In this document: one piece after another, positions 20,721 through 28,893 of the stretch | Layout of the letters: every line of letters starts with the position of its first letter | Position numbering within the stretch: position 1 is the stretch's first letter | Virus record (IMG/VR): IMGVR_UViG_2663762850_000003 | Source of the DNA: a virus | Length of the DNA: 64,000 bases | Reading direction: 5' to 3' (one strand) | Program-made: the position numbers and the translations under genes | The notes under the pieces: model-generated | The model's input: only the letters and a program-made list of their open reading frames with translations | The model's database searches: none | What the model was told of the DNA's origin: nothing

Positions 20721-21417
20721 AAGGCAGACTGCCCCCTTTTGCTTTATCCATGTAATTACCGTTCATAGTATTGATTTTAACAATACCTGAGCGGAAATCA
20801 TTCCACGGCATAATGGTACGCATGAAGCTGGGGAGATACCCTTTGTGGGGTTTAGCGTTACGAAACCTCTCTGGATCAGGGAAAAGCCACGGGGTGAAGC
20901 CTTTGTTTTTCCAGTCACCTATTTTTCCATAATAATCCCAACGCATTAACGCAGCCTCTTTGCTGACAGGCCGCAGCAAATCAAAAGGATTCTCTATGGA
21001 TACCACGCGGTAAAACCCCAGCAAATCAGAAACCAAATCCTCGCCACTGAAACCGCTATCAGTAAAGAGACTGATAATGAAAGAATCCTGAAGCCCTTCA
21101 AACTTCTTCGCTAAAGCCATCATCATTGCAAGGGCGATACTCAACCGCTCGTTATATGTCCGACCGCTTTTTATAGTCCACTTAAGAAACTTCCCCATTT
21201 TCCTGGTCCTGGTGGGATCAACCATCGATTGGGAATAGGTTACGTCATATTCTTTTTGCCCTGAGGCTTCACCTGCCTCGAACTGCGCCAATAGCTTCCG
21301 TATATCATTTCCCTGAGCATGTCCTAAATCAATCCAGCCCAGAACTTCCGTATAGATAAGTCCATATTTCAGACTAGCGCTGAGCTTACCATCCACTATA
21401 TCTTCACGCTTACTCAT
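20713..21417 (-). CDS. Cargo: uncharacterised soluble protein (putative toxin/effector-like)
   Basis: 234-aa ORF, AT-rich, with GLIYT..GWIDLGH and SGEDLVSD..GFY motifs; product unassigned. Confidence 0.75.
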   Translation of the reverse strand: MSKREDIVDGKLSASLKYGLIYTEVLGWIDLGHAQGNDIRKLLAQFEAGEASGQKEYDVTYSQSMVDPTRTRKMGKFLKWTIKSGRTYNERLSIALAMMMALAKKFEGLQDSFIISLFTDSGFSGEDLVSDLLGFYRVVSIENPFDLLRPVSKEAALMRWDYYGKIGDWKNKGFTPWLFPDPERFRNAKPHKGYLPSFMRTIMPWNDFRSGIVKINTMNGNYMDKAKGGSLPYA

Positions 21418-21504
21418 CCTTAATCTTCTCCTTTCGAGGCGGCACTAAACCAGATGATATCCGGCGGCAGATGCATTTTAAGAGCCTGCCACTGACAAAA
21501 CAGA

Positions 21505-23529
21505 CTATGACCATCCAGGCCAGGTTTCATTTTGGGGCTGTGGCATCCGTTCCTGCAACCGCCCTTTTCGGTAGATGAGTGATTTTCCGGACCCCAGCGC
21601 CAGACTGCTGCCCCTTAACAGCGCATCAATTTCCAAATCGCTGCCATCAAAACCGCGATTTTGTAGCTCTATCGTTAATCGTCGGCGGATCCCCCCCGTA
21701 CAGTTATTGACAGAACTCCAAGGGGCGGCTGCGCCGCCAGAAAAACCAGCCTCCGCTGACGCTTCGGCCAACTTCGGCACAATCGCCCACTTCACCAGGC
21801 GCGTGGCGACTTCCGACCCCTGAACATGCGGGGAATAGATGCCCTGAACGCGCTGCACATCCTCGCCGTATTCGTTGCCCTGTTCGGTAATTTCATATGC
21901 GAGACGCACAACGAGATCGCGGCGCGCCACCAGTGGCCCACCCTGTAATTCCGTATACGATGCCCAGTCGCTGGCGATATCCGCCGCAGCTAAAACAGCA
22001 TCCATATGCGGATCGGCCAGTTGCTGACCACGCAAACGGCGCAGCTCACGCCAGACCGTCACCGGCGCGCCGCCAATCTGCTGAAACTGGCGGATACGCC
22101 AGCGGGATGCCCAGGCACTTACAGCTTTAGCCATATCGCGCAGGCTCTCGCCGGTTTCGCTGTCTTTTTCACCGTCGAGGGCAAAGCCATCAATATTTTT
22201 TGAAATGTATTTGGCGATGTAGCCGGTGGCTGACCCTATTTCCGGATCGATAGGCTCAACAAAAAAACGCGCCTTAAGCGCTTCGGGTGTATTCAGTTCT
22301 TCTGAGTCGGTGATGCGGGCGTGATAGCAAATGATATCGCGCACCGCATCAACATCCTGCGGGCGCATGAAAAGCAGCATGTGCCAGTGTGGTGTGCCGT
22401 CATGGTGCGGCTCAACCACACGGAAGCCAAAAACGTGAATGCCAGCGCGGGAAAGCGCAGCGCGGGCCTTCGCCCATACGCCGCAGAGGTAACGCTGGGT
22501 GTCCTGCGGATTACAGCCATTCCATTGCGACACAAAGCCGCCCTTGCTGTGTACAGAGTGATAACGTGACGGTGCCGTGATGGTGTAGAAATCGCCCACC
22601 ATGCCTTTTTCGCTTGCGATATCTTCAAAGCCGCGCATCCGCACCATCAGTTCGCAGCGACGAATCGCAGGATTGGCCACGCTGCCATAAACCTTATCAG
22701 CCAGCGAAACCCGATCGCCGTCCTCATTCATCAGGTCGAACTTCTTAAAAAACTCCGCGTTGCGTCGCTTTTGCTCCGTCCATTCATTGAGCGCACCGCG
22801 CGACACATAAGCACTGGCCGCCTTCTGCACCTGCCCCACGGCAATTGCCATGTGTTCGCGCTGCACGTCGCGGGCGCGCTTAATCTTCGCGTACCACCAC
22901 GCCGGGGCCATCATGCGCAGCAGACCACATTCCGCCTGGCGAGTGGTCAGCTTGTCAGCCTTGAAAGTGGCCCAGTAGGGCGCTGTAAAACCAATGAATG
23001 TGGCAAGGTCAGAAAGCCGAATATATGCATCATACGTACGCTGGCGCATTTCTTTTTCGTCTTTGGGCTTGCCTTTGAGTGTGTCGGTGAACTCATAAAA
23101 CGACTGCGCCATCCAGCTGGCCACCTTCGCAGAAAGCTCTTTGACCTCCCGGCGGTCAAGGGAAGGCAGACGCGCCAGCGCCTTACCGAAAGGCAGATCG
23201 TTTTCATCTGCGCGCATACGATAGCGCTCTGATACTTTGCGCAGACGTGGCAATACATTCTGGCCAATGGTCTGGCGCAAAAAAGTATTGGCACGGCGAC
23301 GCCCGTCGCGGCCATTAAACAGGGCTTCATAACGCTGGCCGAAATACCCGGCTAACCAGTCGGGCATTTCGTGAAGATACTGCGCGCGGAAATCATGATC
23401 GGCGGGATTGGTCTGCCAAAGCTTACGCTCTGTCAGTGTTACATCACGCGGCACACCACGCGCGAAATGTTCACGCCGCCAGGTATCTACAGCATGATGG
23501 TTTCCTACCGACAAAACATTATCACTCAC
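21505..23529 (-). CDS. Rolling-circle replication initiator A (HUH endonuclease)
   Basis: EPHHDGTPHWH HUH motif and GYIAKYISKNIDG two-Tyr motif; 674 aa. Confidence 0.93.
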   Translation of the reverse strand: MSDNVLSVGNHHAVDTWRREHFARGVPRDVTLTERKLWQTNPADHDFRAQYLHEMPDWLAGYFGQRYEALFNGRDGRRRANTFLRQTIGQNVLPRLRKVSERYRMRADENDLPFGKALARLPSLDRREVKELSAKVASWMAQSFYEFTDTLKGKPKDEKEMRQRTYDAYIRLSDLATFIGFTAPYWATFKADKLTTRQAECGLLRMMAPAWWYAKIKRARDVQREHMAIAVGQVQKAASAYVSRGALNEWTEQKRRNAEFFKKFDLMNEDGDRVSLADKVYGSVANPAIRRCELMVRMRGFEDIASEKGMVGDFYTITAPSRYHSVHSKGGFVSQWNGCNPQDTQRYLCGVWAKARAALSRAGIHVFGFRVVEPHHDGTPHWHMLLFMRPQDVDAVRDIICYHARITDSEELNTPEALKARFFVEPIDPEIGSATGYIAKYISKNIDGFALDGEKDSETGESLRDMAKAVSAWASRWRIRQFQQIGGAPVTVWRELRRLRGQQLADPHMDAVLAAADIASDWASYTELQGGPLVARRDLVVRLAYEITEQGNEYGEDVQRVQGIYSPHVQGSEVATRLVKWAIVPKLAEASAEAGFSGGAAAPWSSVNNCTGGIRRRLTIELQNRGFDGSDLEIDALLRGSSLALGSGKSLIYRKGRLQERMPQPQNETWPGWS
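21697..21726 (-). other. Replication origin (nick site) inside rep A
   Basis: GCCCCTTGGAGTTCTGTCAATAACTGTACG closely resembles the P2/186 ori as recalled, at the expected 3' position in A. Confidence 0.7.
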
Positions 23530-23666
23530 GATTAACCGCCTACAGTGATCAGTTCATGGGTAACACTGGCTGCTTTGCCATCGTGTATTTTCTGTATATT
23601 TTCTCTTTGATTACATGCCATTGGTTGTGTAGCCTCACGCAAAATTGAGAGTAAAAAGGTACTGCG

Positions 23667-23969
23667 ATGCAACATAAATTATTCAAGATGAAAGACGGCT
23701 TAAAACTGCCCTCATACGATTCAGCCATCGCTGCATGGCTTGAAAAACAGCAGGAATCCCTTCCCGGAGTTCCATACAAAATCCTTATTTGCAACGAGAA
23801 TGTTTTTTACAGAGCCCTCACGTGTGATGGACTGGGTGAATACGTTGCAGCACGTGAATTTCTCCTGTCTCTGGATCTTGTAGATGCATCGGACTACGGA
23901 ATGGGTTTGAAGGATTACGACTCTGTATTTTTGAGTCAGGAGTATATTGACCGTGCATCTTCTCGTTAG
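23667..23969 (+). CDS. Cargo: acidic 100-aa hypothetical protein antisense to the early operon
   Basis: Open 100-aa ORF in an AT-rich patch between the DUF2732-like gene and rep. Confidence 0.6.
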   Translation: MQHKLFKMKDGLKLPSYDSAIAAWLEKQQESLPGVPYKILICNENVFYRALTCDGLGEYVAAREFLLSLDLVDASDYGMGLKDYDSVFLSQEYIDRASSR

Positions 23970-24006
23970 AACCGACTCCCCATTTTAGTGGTGTCTTTAC
24001 TGCCAT
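23970..24006 (-). pseudogene. N-terminal remnant of phage Dam-type adenine methylase
   Basis: ATG overlaps the upstream stop (ATGGCAGTAA); reads MAVKTPLKWGVGSN, like the Dam N-terminal PLKW.G.K motif, then diverges at the cargo gene. Confidence 0.5.
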
Positions 24007-24230
24007 GCTGCACCACCCTGGCTTGTAATGGCGGCAGCTTCTTCGCGGATAAGCTCCACAATTTCAGCAGCGCTTAAGCCTTCGTTAGCGGCAAAGGTCG
24101 CCAGTTTATCCAGACGGGTGGAACACAAATCGGCGGCGACGGCCTTACCTTCCTGCGTAGCTTTAGCCAGCATGGCCAGCATGTCGACAGCTGGCGTCGT
24201 GGTGTTTAAATCCTGACGAATCATTTTCAT
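23997..24230 (-). CDS. DUF2732-like P2-family early protein
   Basis: RLDKLA..AA.EGLS..EIVELIREEA motif. Confidence 0.8.
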   Translation of the reverse strand: MKMIRQDLNTTTPAVDMLAMLAKATQEGKAVAADLCSTRLDKLATFAANEGLSAAEIVELIREEAAAITSQGGAAWQ

Positions 24231-24296
24231 TTGGGTTTCCTCAAGGCAAAGGAATGCCCGGCCACGCCATGGGTGGCCTGTGCATTACCGGGTTAA

Positions 24297-24698
24297 TTAA
24301 TGAAAAATGGGAGGAGTTACGGCAGCTGAATGGTTCGGGGCTGGCACCAGGTGAACCGGATAAGCCGCGCGCCACCACGCCTGGATCATTGCGGTTATTT
24401 CGCCGACGCCCAGCGCGCCCGCCGTGTAAAATATGGCCCTTACGCCAGCAAGAGCCTCAATCTGCGCTTCCCGCCCTTCTGCCTCACGGTAAGCGCAACA
24501 CCAGAACGCCGCCTGTATGGCCAGCCAGTGGCGAGGGCTGATCAGATGCTCCGTGTCGTTGAAGAAAAACAGGTCAAGGCCAATGAGGCCGCCTGTCTGG
24601 GTACTTTTAGCAGTAAAGGCACGCACATAATTCATCGGCACGCGCCATGCTTCCATTTCCTGCATCAAACACTCTTTTTCTACCGCGATAATCGTCAT
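24297..24698 (-). CDS. Phage early hypothetical protein
   Basis: 133-aa ORF tightly packed in the early operon. Confidence 0.65.
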   Translation of the reverse strand: MTIIAVEKECLMQEMEAWRVPMNYVRAFTAKSTQTGGLIGLDLFFFNDTEHLISPRHWLAIQAAFWCCAYREAEGREAQIEALAGVRAIFYTAGALGVGEITAMIQAWWRAAYPVHLVPAPNHSAAVTPPIFH

Positions 24699-24701
24699 TG
24701 T

Positions 24702-25118
24702 TCAGTTTCCTGTGTTGTTATGCAGCTGCGCGCGCTGCTCCATTATCTGGAGTATCTGCGGCGCAATAACCATTTCCGGGCCGTTCTTAACCGGCACACA
24801 CGGCTTTGCCTTGCGGTTAGCGGTACGGGGTACAAAATCATCACGACGCAGCGAGCCAAAGCCGCCGAACATGTTGCGCGCCTGCTGAATACCGGTGCGA
24901 ATTTGCACCATCCCTCGAACGCCGACACGCGCATAAAGCTCACGCCAGTTGCACTTCGCCAGTGTGGCTTTAAGTTCACAGGTGCCGGAAATCGCCGCCG
25001 CATGAAGAACCACACCGCGCCATTCAGGCTGTAAGGAATCCCAAAAATCTGCCGCGGCGGAATGGCTGGGATTAATTTGCTTGCGCATACGCTCACACCA
25101 CACCAGACCGTCAGCCAC
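24702..25118 (-). CDS. Phage early hypothetical protein
   Basis: 138-aa ORF overlapping fil stop. Confidence 0.62.
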   Translation of the reverse strand: MADGLVWCERMRKQINPSHSAAADFWDSLQPEWRGVVLHAAAISGTCELKATLAKCNWRELYARVGVRGMVQIRTGIQQARNMFGGFGSLRRDDFVPRTANRKAKPCVPVKNGPEMVIAPQILQIMEQRAQLHNNTGN

Positions 25119-25302
25119 GCTTACCCCCTTTGATATTCAGTAAACGTCGCCACAGTGGGCGGCGCGGGCTTTTACCTGTGAATTTGTAACGGGTCGCCGG
25201 GTTCCAGCGCTGCCCGTTCGGCAGTTCAATCCAGCCGTGACTAAAGGCATTCAGCTGCGGGCTGGGTGACTGCTCGGTCAGATAAGAAACGAAAGGTCGC
25301 AT
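25111..25302 (-). CDS. fil: Fil-like filamentation protein
   Basis: QSP...HGWI....G.RW.P motif like 186 Fil; directly after cII. Confidence 0.7.
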   Translation of the reverse strand: MRPFVSYLTEQSPSPQLNAFSHGWIELPNGQRWNPATRYKFTGKSPRRPLWRRLLNIKGGKRG

Positions 25303-25312
25303 AGCGTTCCCC

Positions 25313-25816
25313 TTACATCAGGCCGGTAGCGCTGCCGGTTACGATATCGACGGCAGCGGCCAGGACGGGCGCGGAATGGATACGGTTTTCAACCGTGTAA
25401 GCAAGCAGCGAAAGGCTGCGTATAGCATCGCGCGCTTTATCAAGGATGTGGTTACGGCGCGCGGCGCTCATGTGCTCAGTTGATACAGCCTCACCGGCTA
25501 TCGCCCCCACGCTGGCCGCAGCGGTCAGCGCGCAAAGCTGCATGTTTCCCGGCGTCGCGTTATTGATGGGAACGGATGGCTGACAATTAATCTGACGCAG
25601 CAGGCCATCAAGAATCCGGGAATCCTCGGTGTAATCAGTGATCGCTATAAGCTCAGAAAGCGATAACTGGTGAGGCTGTTCCGGGTTAAGTTTGTGGCGC
25701 AATGTAGCCGGATGCATACCAACGGCCTTAGCAACCGCAGTGATGTTATGAGCCTGCACAAAATCACGACATGCGGCATCTAAGTAGTTGCGTACAGAAA
25801 CTTTATAATCGTACAT
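25313..25816 (-). CDS. cII: CII transcriptional activator (186-type)
   Basis: LR.KLNPEQPHQ and TD.TEDS..LDG.L.QI.C.P motifs shared with 186 CII. Confidence 0.88.
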   Translation of the reverse strand: MYDYKVSVRNYLDAACRDFVQAHNITAVAKAVGMHPATLRHKLNPEQPHQLSLSELIAITDYTEDSRILDGLLRQINCQPSVPINNATPGNMQLCALTAAASVGAIAGEAVSTEHMSAARRNHILDKARDAIRSLSLLAYTVENRIHSAPVLAAAVDIVTGSATGLM

Positions 25817-25870
25817 GAATCACTGTTTCCTAACTGTTAGCCTTCAAGGCACGTTAACCAAACGTGACAA

Positions 25871-26137
25871 TTACTTGCCTTCTTGCCATGCGTACCAATC
25901 AACCCAAACATGATCCTTTGGCTTCACTTTTGGTCGAATTCTTATGCGTCCGATTTGGTACCAGTAACGGCCCGTGCGAACTCTAATGCCTACGCGGTCA
26001 CAAAAAGTTTTGAGAGGAATCCATCGTGCATCGTTATCTTTGGTATGGCTTACACCCAGTACTGGGCGTTTAGCTTTGTCTGTTGCAGCGCTTACACGCA
26101 TAAGGCAAAATCTCCTATTTGTTGTCACCTTTGTCAT
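25871..26137 (-). CDS. cox: Cox/Apl-like excisionase-repressor (wHTH)
   Basis: Divergent from cI, upstream of cII; WIPLKTFCDRVGIRVRTGRYW HTH; start codon uncertain. Confidence 0.7.
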   Translation of the reverse strand: MTKVTTNRRFCLMRVSAATDKAKRPVLGVSHTKDNDARWIPLKTFCDRVGIRVRTGRYWYQIGRIRIRPKVKPKDHVWVDWYAWQEGK

Positions 26138-26251
26138 CCAGTGGCAACGATTGTTAACCAACCACATTCGACACATTCAATTGTCTACATACGAAACAAT
26201 GCAAAGACTATTGCTCATGTTGTCGTTTGTCAACCATTGCGAACTACAAAA

Positions 26252-26827
26252 ATGACAACTTACAACATCAAAACGGGTGCACGTGAAGCTGTTGAGCGCA
26301 TCTGTGAGGCATACGGATTCACATCACGACTACAGCTTTCGAATTACTTAGGCATGTCAGCAAGTGCACTTAGCACGCGCATAATGAGAGACAATTTCCC
26401 GGCTGATTTAGTCTTGCTTTGTGCTTTAGAAACAGGGGCTTCTATTTACTGGTTGACTACTGGTGAAGGCGTCAAATTTGATCCAGTAGCGAGTGATATA
26501 AAGCGCGTTTCTGCTTATAAAATCGAAGGTGGGAATTTGCTTCGCCAGGCATCGTTCATCTGCGATAAGGCTATGCTTCCTGACTACAAAGGAGAACTAC
26601 AAATCATTACAGATGTGAAAACAAATTACTTTGTTGATATTGCAGACTATCAAGTTACGGATGGACGATTCTTGATTGAATACTCTGGCGCAAAAAGCGT
26701 TAAGGATGTTTCGCTCTTACCTGGTAACAAGCTCAGAATTGACTGGGGCAAATACCCTATAGACTGTGAAGTCGCAGACGTGAATTTACTGGGTAAGGTA
26801 GTAGCGATTTATATGGTAAACGAGTAA
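26252..26827 (+). CDS. cI: CI immunity repressor (186-type)
   Basis: Start moved to ATG 26252; R...AYGF...QL...LG.S.S.LSTR..RD.FPA.LV..CALETG.S..WL.TGEG motif. Confidence 0.9.
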   Translation: MTTYNIKTGAREAVERICEAYGFTSRLQLSNYLGMSASALSTRIMRDNFPADLVLLCALETGASIYWLTTGEGVKFDPVASDIKRVSAYKIEGGNLLRQASFICDKAMLPDYKGELQIITDVKTNYFVDIADYQVTDGRFLIEYSGAKSVKDVSLLPGNKLRIDWGKYPIDCEVADVNLLGKVVAIYMVNE

Positions 26828-27843
26828 TGACTGTTAGAAAGCTTGATTCTGGCGAATGGCTATGCGACTTGCGCCCTAATGGCGTAAAAGGAAAGCGGAT
26901 AAGAAAGAAATTTGTCACTAAAGGTGAAGCGCTGGCCTATGAAAAATTCATTAATGCTGAATTAGAGGATAAGCCTTGGCTAGGCGAAAAGCAGGATAAT
27001 AGACGCTTATCAGATTTGATTAATTTGTGGTATGACCTTTACGGTAGAACACTGTCTGATTCAAACCGAATGATGTCAAAACTTAAAGCTATTTGTGCAG
27101 GTATGGGTGATCCCATCGCTTCTAACATCACGGCAGCAGATTTCAGTGAATATCGTGAGGGGCGACTTAAAGGCGAGATACCAGATATTACAGGTCGCTG
27201 CATGCCAATCCAACCACAAACAGTCAACCATGAACAGCGAAATTTATCTGCCGTATTTGGCACACTAAAAAAATTAGGGCACTGGCAACTCCCTAACCCG
27301 TTGGCTGGCATTCCTACTTTTAAAGTGGATGAAAAAATGGTTTCGTTTTTATATCCAGCCGAAATCAAGACATTGCTTGAATATCTCAATGAGTCTAATA
27401 GTTCAAGCGTGTTATTGGTTGCTAAAATATGTTTAGCAACTGGGGCGCGATGGAGCGAGGCTGAAAACCTCGAAGGCGCTCAGGTTACTCCATATAGAAT
27501 TACATATCGTAATACGAAAAATAAAAAAGTTCGCTCCGTACCCATTTCTGAAAAGCTTTATAATGAAATACCAAAAAAGCGGGGGCGCTTATTTACTCCG
27601 TGCAGAAAAACTTTTGAGCGAGTCATACAAAAAGCTGGAATCGATTTACCGGAAGGCCAGTGTACACACGTGCTACGACATACCTTTGCCAGCCACTTTA
27701 TGATGAATGGCGGCAATATATTAGTTTTAAAAGACATTCTCGGCCACTCTGACATCAAAATGACAATGATTTACGCTCACTTTGCGCCCACACATCTTGA
27801 GGACGCGGTAACCAAAAACCCCTTGTCAGCTTTGGACGTGTGA
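26827..27843 (+). CDS. int: Tyrosine recombinase/integrase (P2/186-type)
   Basis: TGARWSE, HVLRHTFASH, LGHSDIKMTMIYAH catalytic motifs; next to att. Confidence 0.95.
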   Translation: MTVRKLDSGEWLCDLRPNGVKGKRIRKKFVTKGEALAYEKFINAELEDKPWLGEKQDNRRLSDLINLWYDLYGRTLSDSNRMMSKLKAICAGMGDPIASNITAADFSEYREGRLKGEIPDITGRCMPIQPQTVNHEQRNLSAVFGTLKKLGHWQLPNPLAGIPTFKVDEKMVSFLYPAEIKTLLEYLNESNSSSVLLVAKICLATGARWSEAENLEGAQVTPYRITYRNTKNKKVRSVPISEKLYNEIPKKRGRLFTPCRKTFERVIQKAGIDLPEGQCTHVLRHTFASHFMMNGGNILVLKDILGHSDIKMTMIYAHFAPTHLEDAVTKNPLSALDV

Positions 27844-27915
27844 TCCACATTTTGTCCACCGAATACTGTAACCGTTGGTTACGCTTGTTAACCATTGTCA
27901 TATAAATAGCTGATT
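27843..27915. promoter_or_regulatory. att arm region: integrase arm-type repeats and IHF-like site
   Basis: ATCCACA/TGTCCAC pair at 27843-27859 (P2-like TGTGGACA on the reverse strand); 27903-27915 reverse-complements to AATCAGCTATTTA (WATCAR-N4-TTR). Confidence 0.55.
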
Positions 27916-27954
27916 AATAAGATAAGTGGTTGTTTTTCTTTAGCGTCCAGAAGA

Positions 27955-27999
27955 ATGTAGGAATTTCGGACGCGGGTTCAACTCCCGCCAGCTCCACCA
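27955..27999 (+). repeat. ssrA: att core: 3' 45 nt of ssrA (tmRNA), partial copy only
   Basis: ATGTAGGAATTTCGGACGCGGGTTCAACTCCCGCCAGCTCCACCA matches the enterobacterial tmRNA 3' end (T-arm, CCA) as recalled; upstream sequence is not tmRNA. Confidence 0.92.
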
Positions 28000-28008
28000 A
28001 ATATACAT

Positions 28009-28097
28009 GGACAGTGGCAGGACAGAAGCTTAAAAAACAGCGCCTTAGCTACTTAACCCGGACGGTGACCGGACACCCAAGGGACAAAAAAGGATAC
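28009..28097 (+). repeat. Three pairs of GGACA-like direct repeats (putative arm sites of a second integrase)
   Basis: GGACAGTGGCAGGACAG (28009), GGACGGTGACCGGACAC (28060), GGACAAAAAAGGATAC (28082); 10-11 nt period within each pair. Confidence 0.5.
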
Positions 28098-28126
28098 GCA
28101 CAGGAGCCGCGGCTCGTAGTGTTATG

Positions 28127-28151
28127 AAAGCCCGCTTTTGCGGGCTTTTTT
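28127..28151 (+). terminator. Intrinsic terminator downstream of att
   Basis: AAAGCCCGC-TTTT-GCGGGCTTT followed by a T run. Confidence 0.8.
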
Positions 28152-28193
28152 GTCTTCTTATACTTGTTTTCTTCGCTAAAGTCAGAGGTACGT

Positions 28194-28508
28194 ATGGCAG
28201 CAGACTACATCACCGAGCAAATGGAAGAAGAGTATCGTCAAGGCATGTACGATTTTATAGCTGAAAAAGCGGCAATACTTATCGTAACGTCCCAGTATTC
28301 CCGCGAATCTGCTGTCCAGCATGTTAAAAATGTTATTGAATTTCAACAGTCGCATTTGGGTGATCCGGGGTTATACATCGTAGATGAGCAAGGTTATCCA
28401 ATTGAATGGCTTGTTCCTGAGGCTCAATTTCCTACAATGCCTTTTGGTGCACACCTGCAAAACCAGATAAAAGCGGTAGCGCAACAAATTCGCTATATGA
28501 TTGATTAA
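28194..28508 (+). CDS. Cargo: 104-aa hypothetical protein
   Basis: ATG 28194 with GAGGT RBS. Confidence 0.6.
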   Translation: MAADYITEQMEEEYRQGMYDFIAEKAAILIVTSQYSRESAVQHVKNVIEFQQSHLGDPGLYIVDEQGYPIEWLVPEAQFPTMPFGAHLQNQIKAVAQQIRYMID

Positions 28509-28786
28509 TCTCTTAATCACAGTGAGGCAGAGTCGGAACTCAACGGCTTGTCGGACACACTAACTTCGAAAAGCCGCGCATTGTGGTTGTTTTTTTGCCT
28601 GCATTCAATTTAGTATCTAATTGTTATTATTCACATAGATATAAATAGGATGGGTTACTCAGAAAGCTGATCATCCCCCAGAACCAACTTCTAAAGTTTG
28701 TGTTTCCGTTGCCGATTACAAAAGGTGACATTCGTCGACTATCATTTTTTATATGTGGGTTGAGCACGAAAACAATCACTTTCGGA

Positions 28787-28818
28787 GTGACAGTTTGTAG
28801 CAGAGTGGTACACTCTGC
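28787..28818 (+). promoter_or_regulatory. Putative sigma70 promoter overlapped by a palindromic operator
   Basis: GTGACA-N16-TACACT with TG extended -10; perfect GCAGAGTG-GTA-CACTCTGC palindrome (28800-28818) covers the -10. Confidence 0.45.
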
Positions 28819-28893
28819 GCCTACATATAAAGGCTTACGCCAAGACATCCGAACAATTTATTTGTTCTTTTTTAATGAGTTACAAGGTCTAGC

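Larger units (their letters stand above)
1..27999. mobile_element. P2-family (Peduoviridae-like) prophage, HP1/K139-type tail with 186-like immunity region, integrated at ssrA; left end outside window
   Basis: Contiguous tail, lysis, head, terminase, portal, ogr, rep A, cII, cox, cI and integrase genes in P2-family order, ending at an ssrA 3' duplication. Confidence 0.93.

Noticed and set aside
21420-21500. P2-type cos site next to the hotspot cargo
   Set aside because: Only a short partial match (CGAGGCGG) to the recalled P2 cos; not enough to call
25883-26251. N-terminal extension of cI in the ORF track
   Set aside because: It overlaps the divergent cox gene and promoter region; repressor homology begins at ATG 26252
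27955-27999. T-arm and CCA as a complete tRNA or tmRNA gene
   Set aside because: Only the last 45 nt match ssrA; upstream is phage att-arm sequence, so it is an attachment-site duplication
28009-28097. GGACA repeats or the 49340 tandem repeat as a CRISPR array
   Set aside because: Repeats are too short, there are no spacer-length unique intervals and no cas genes
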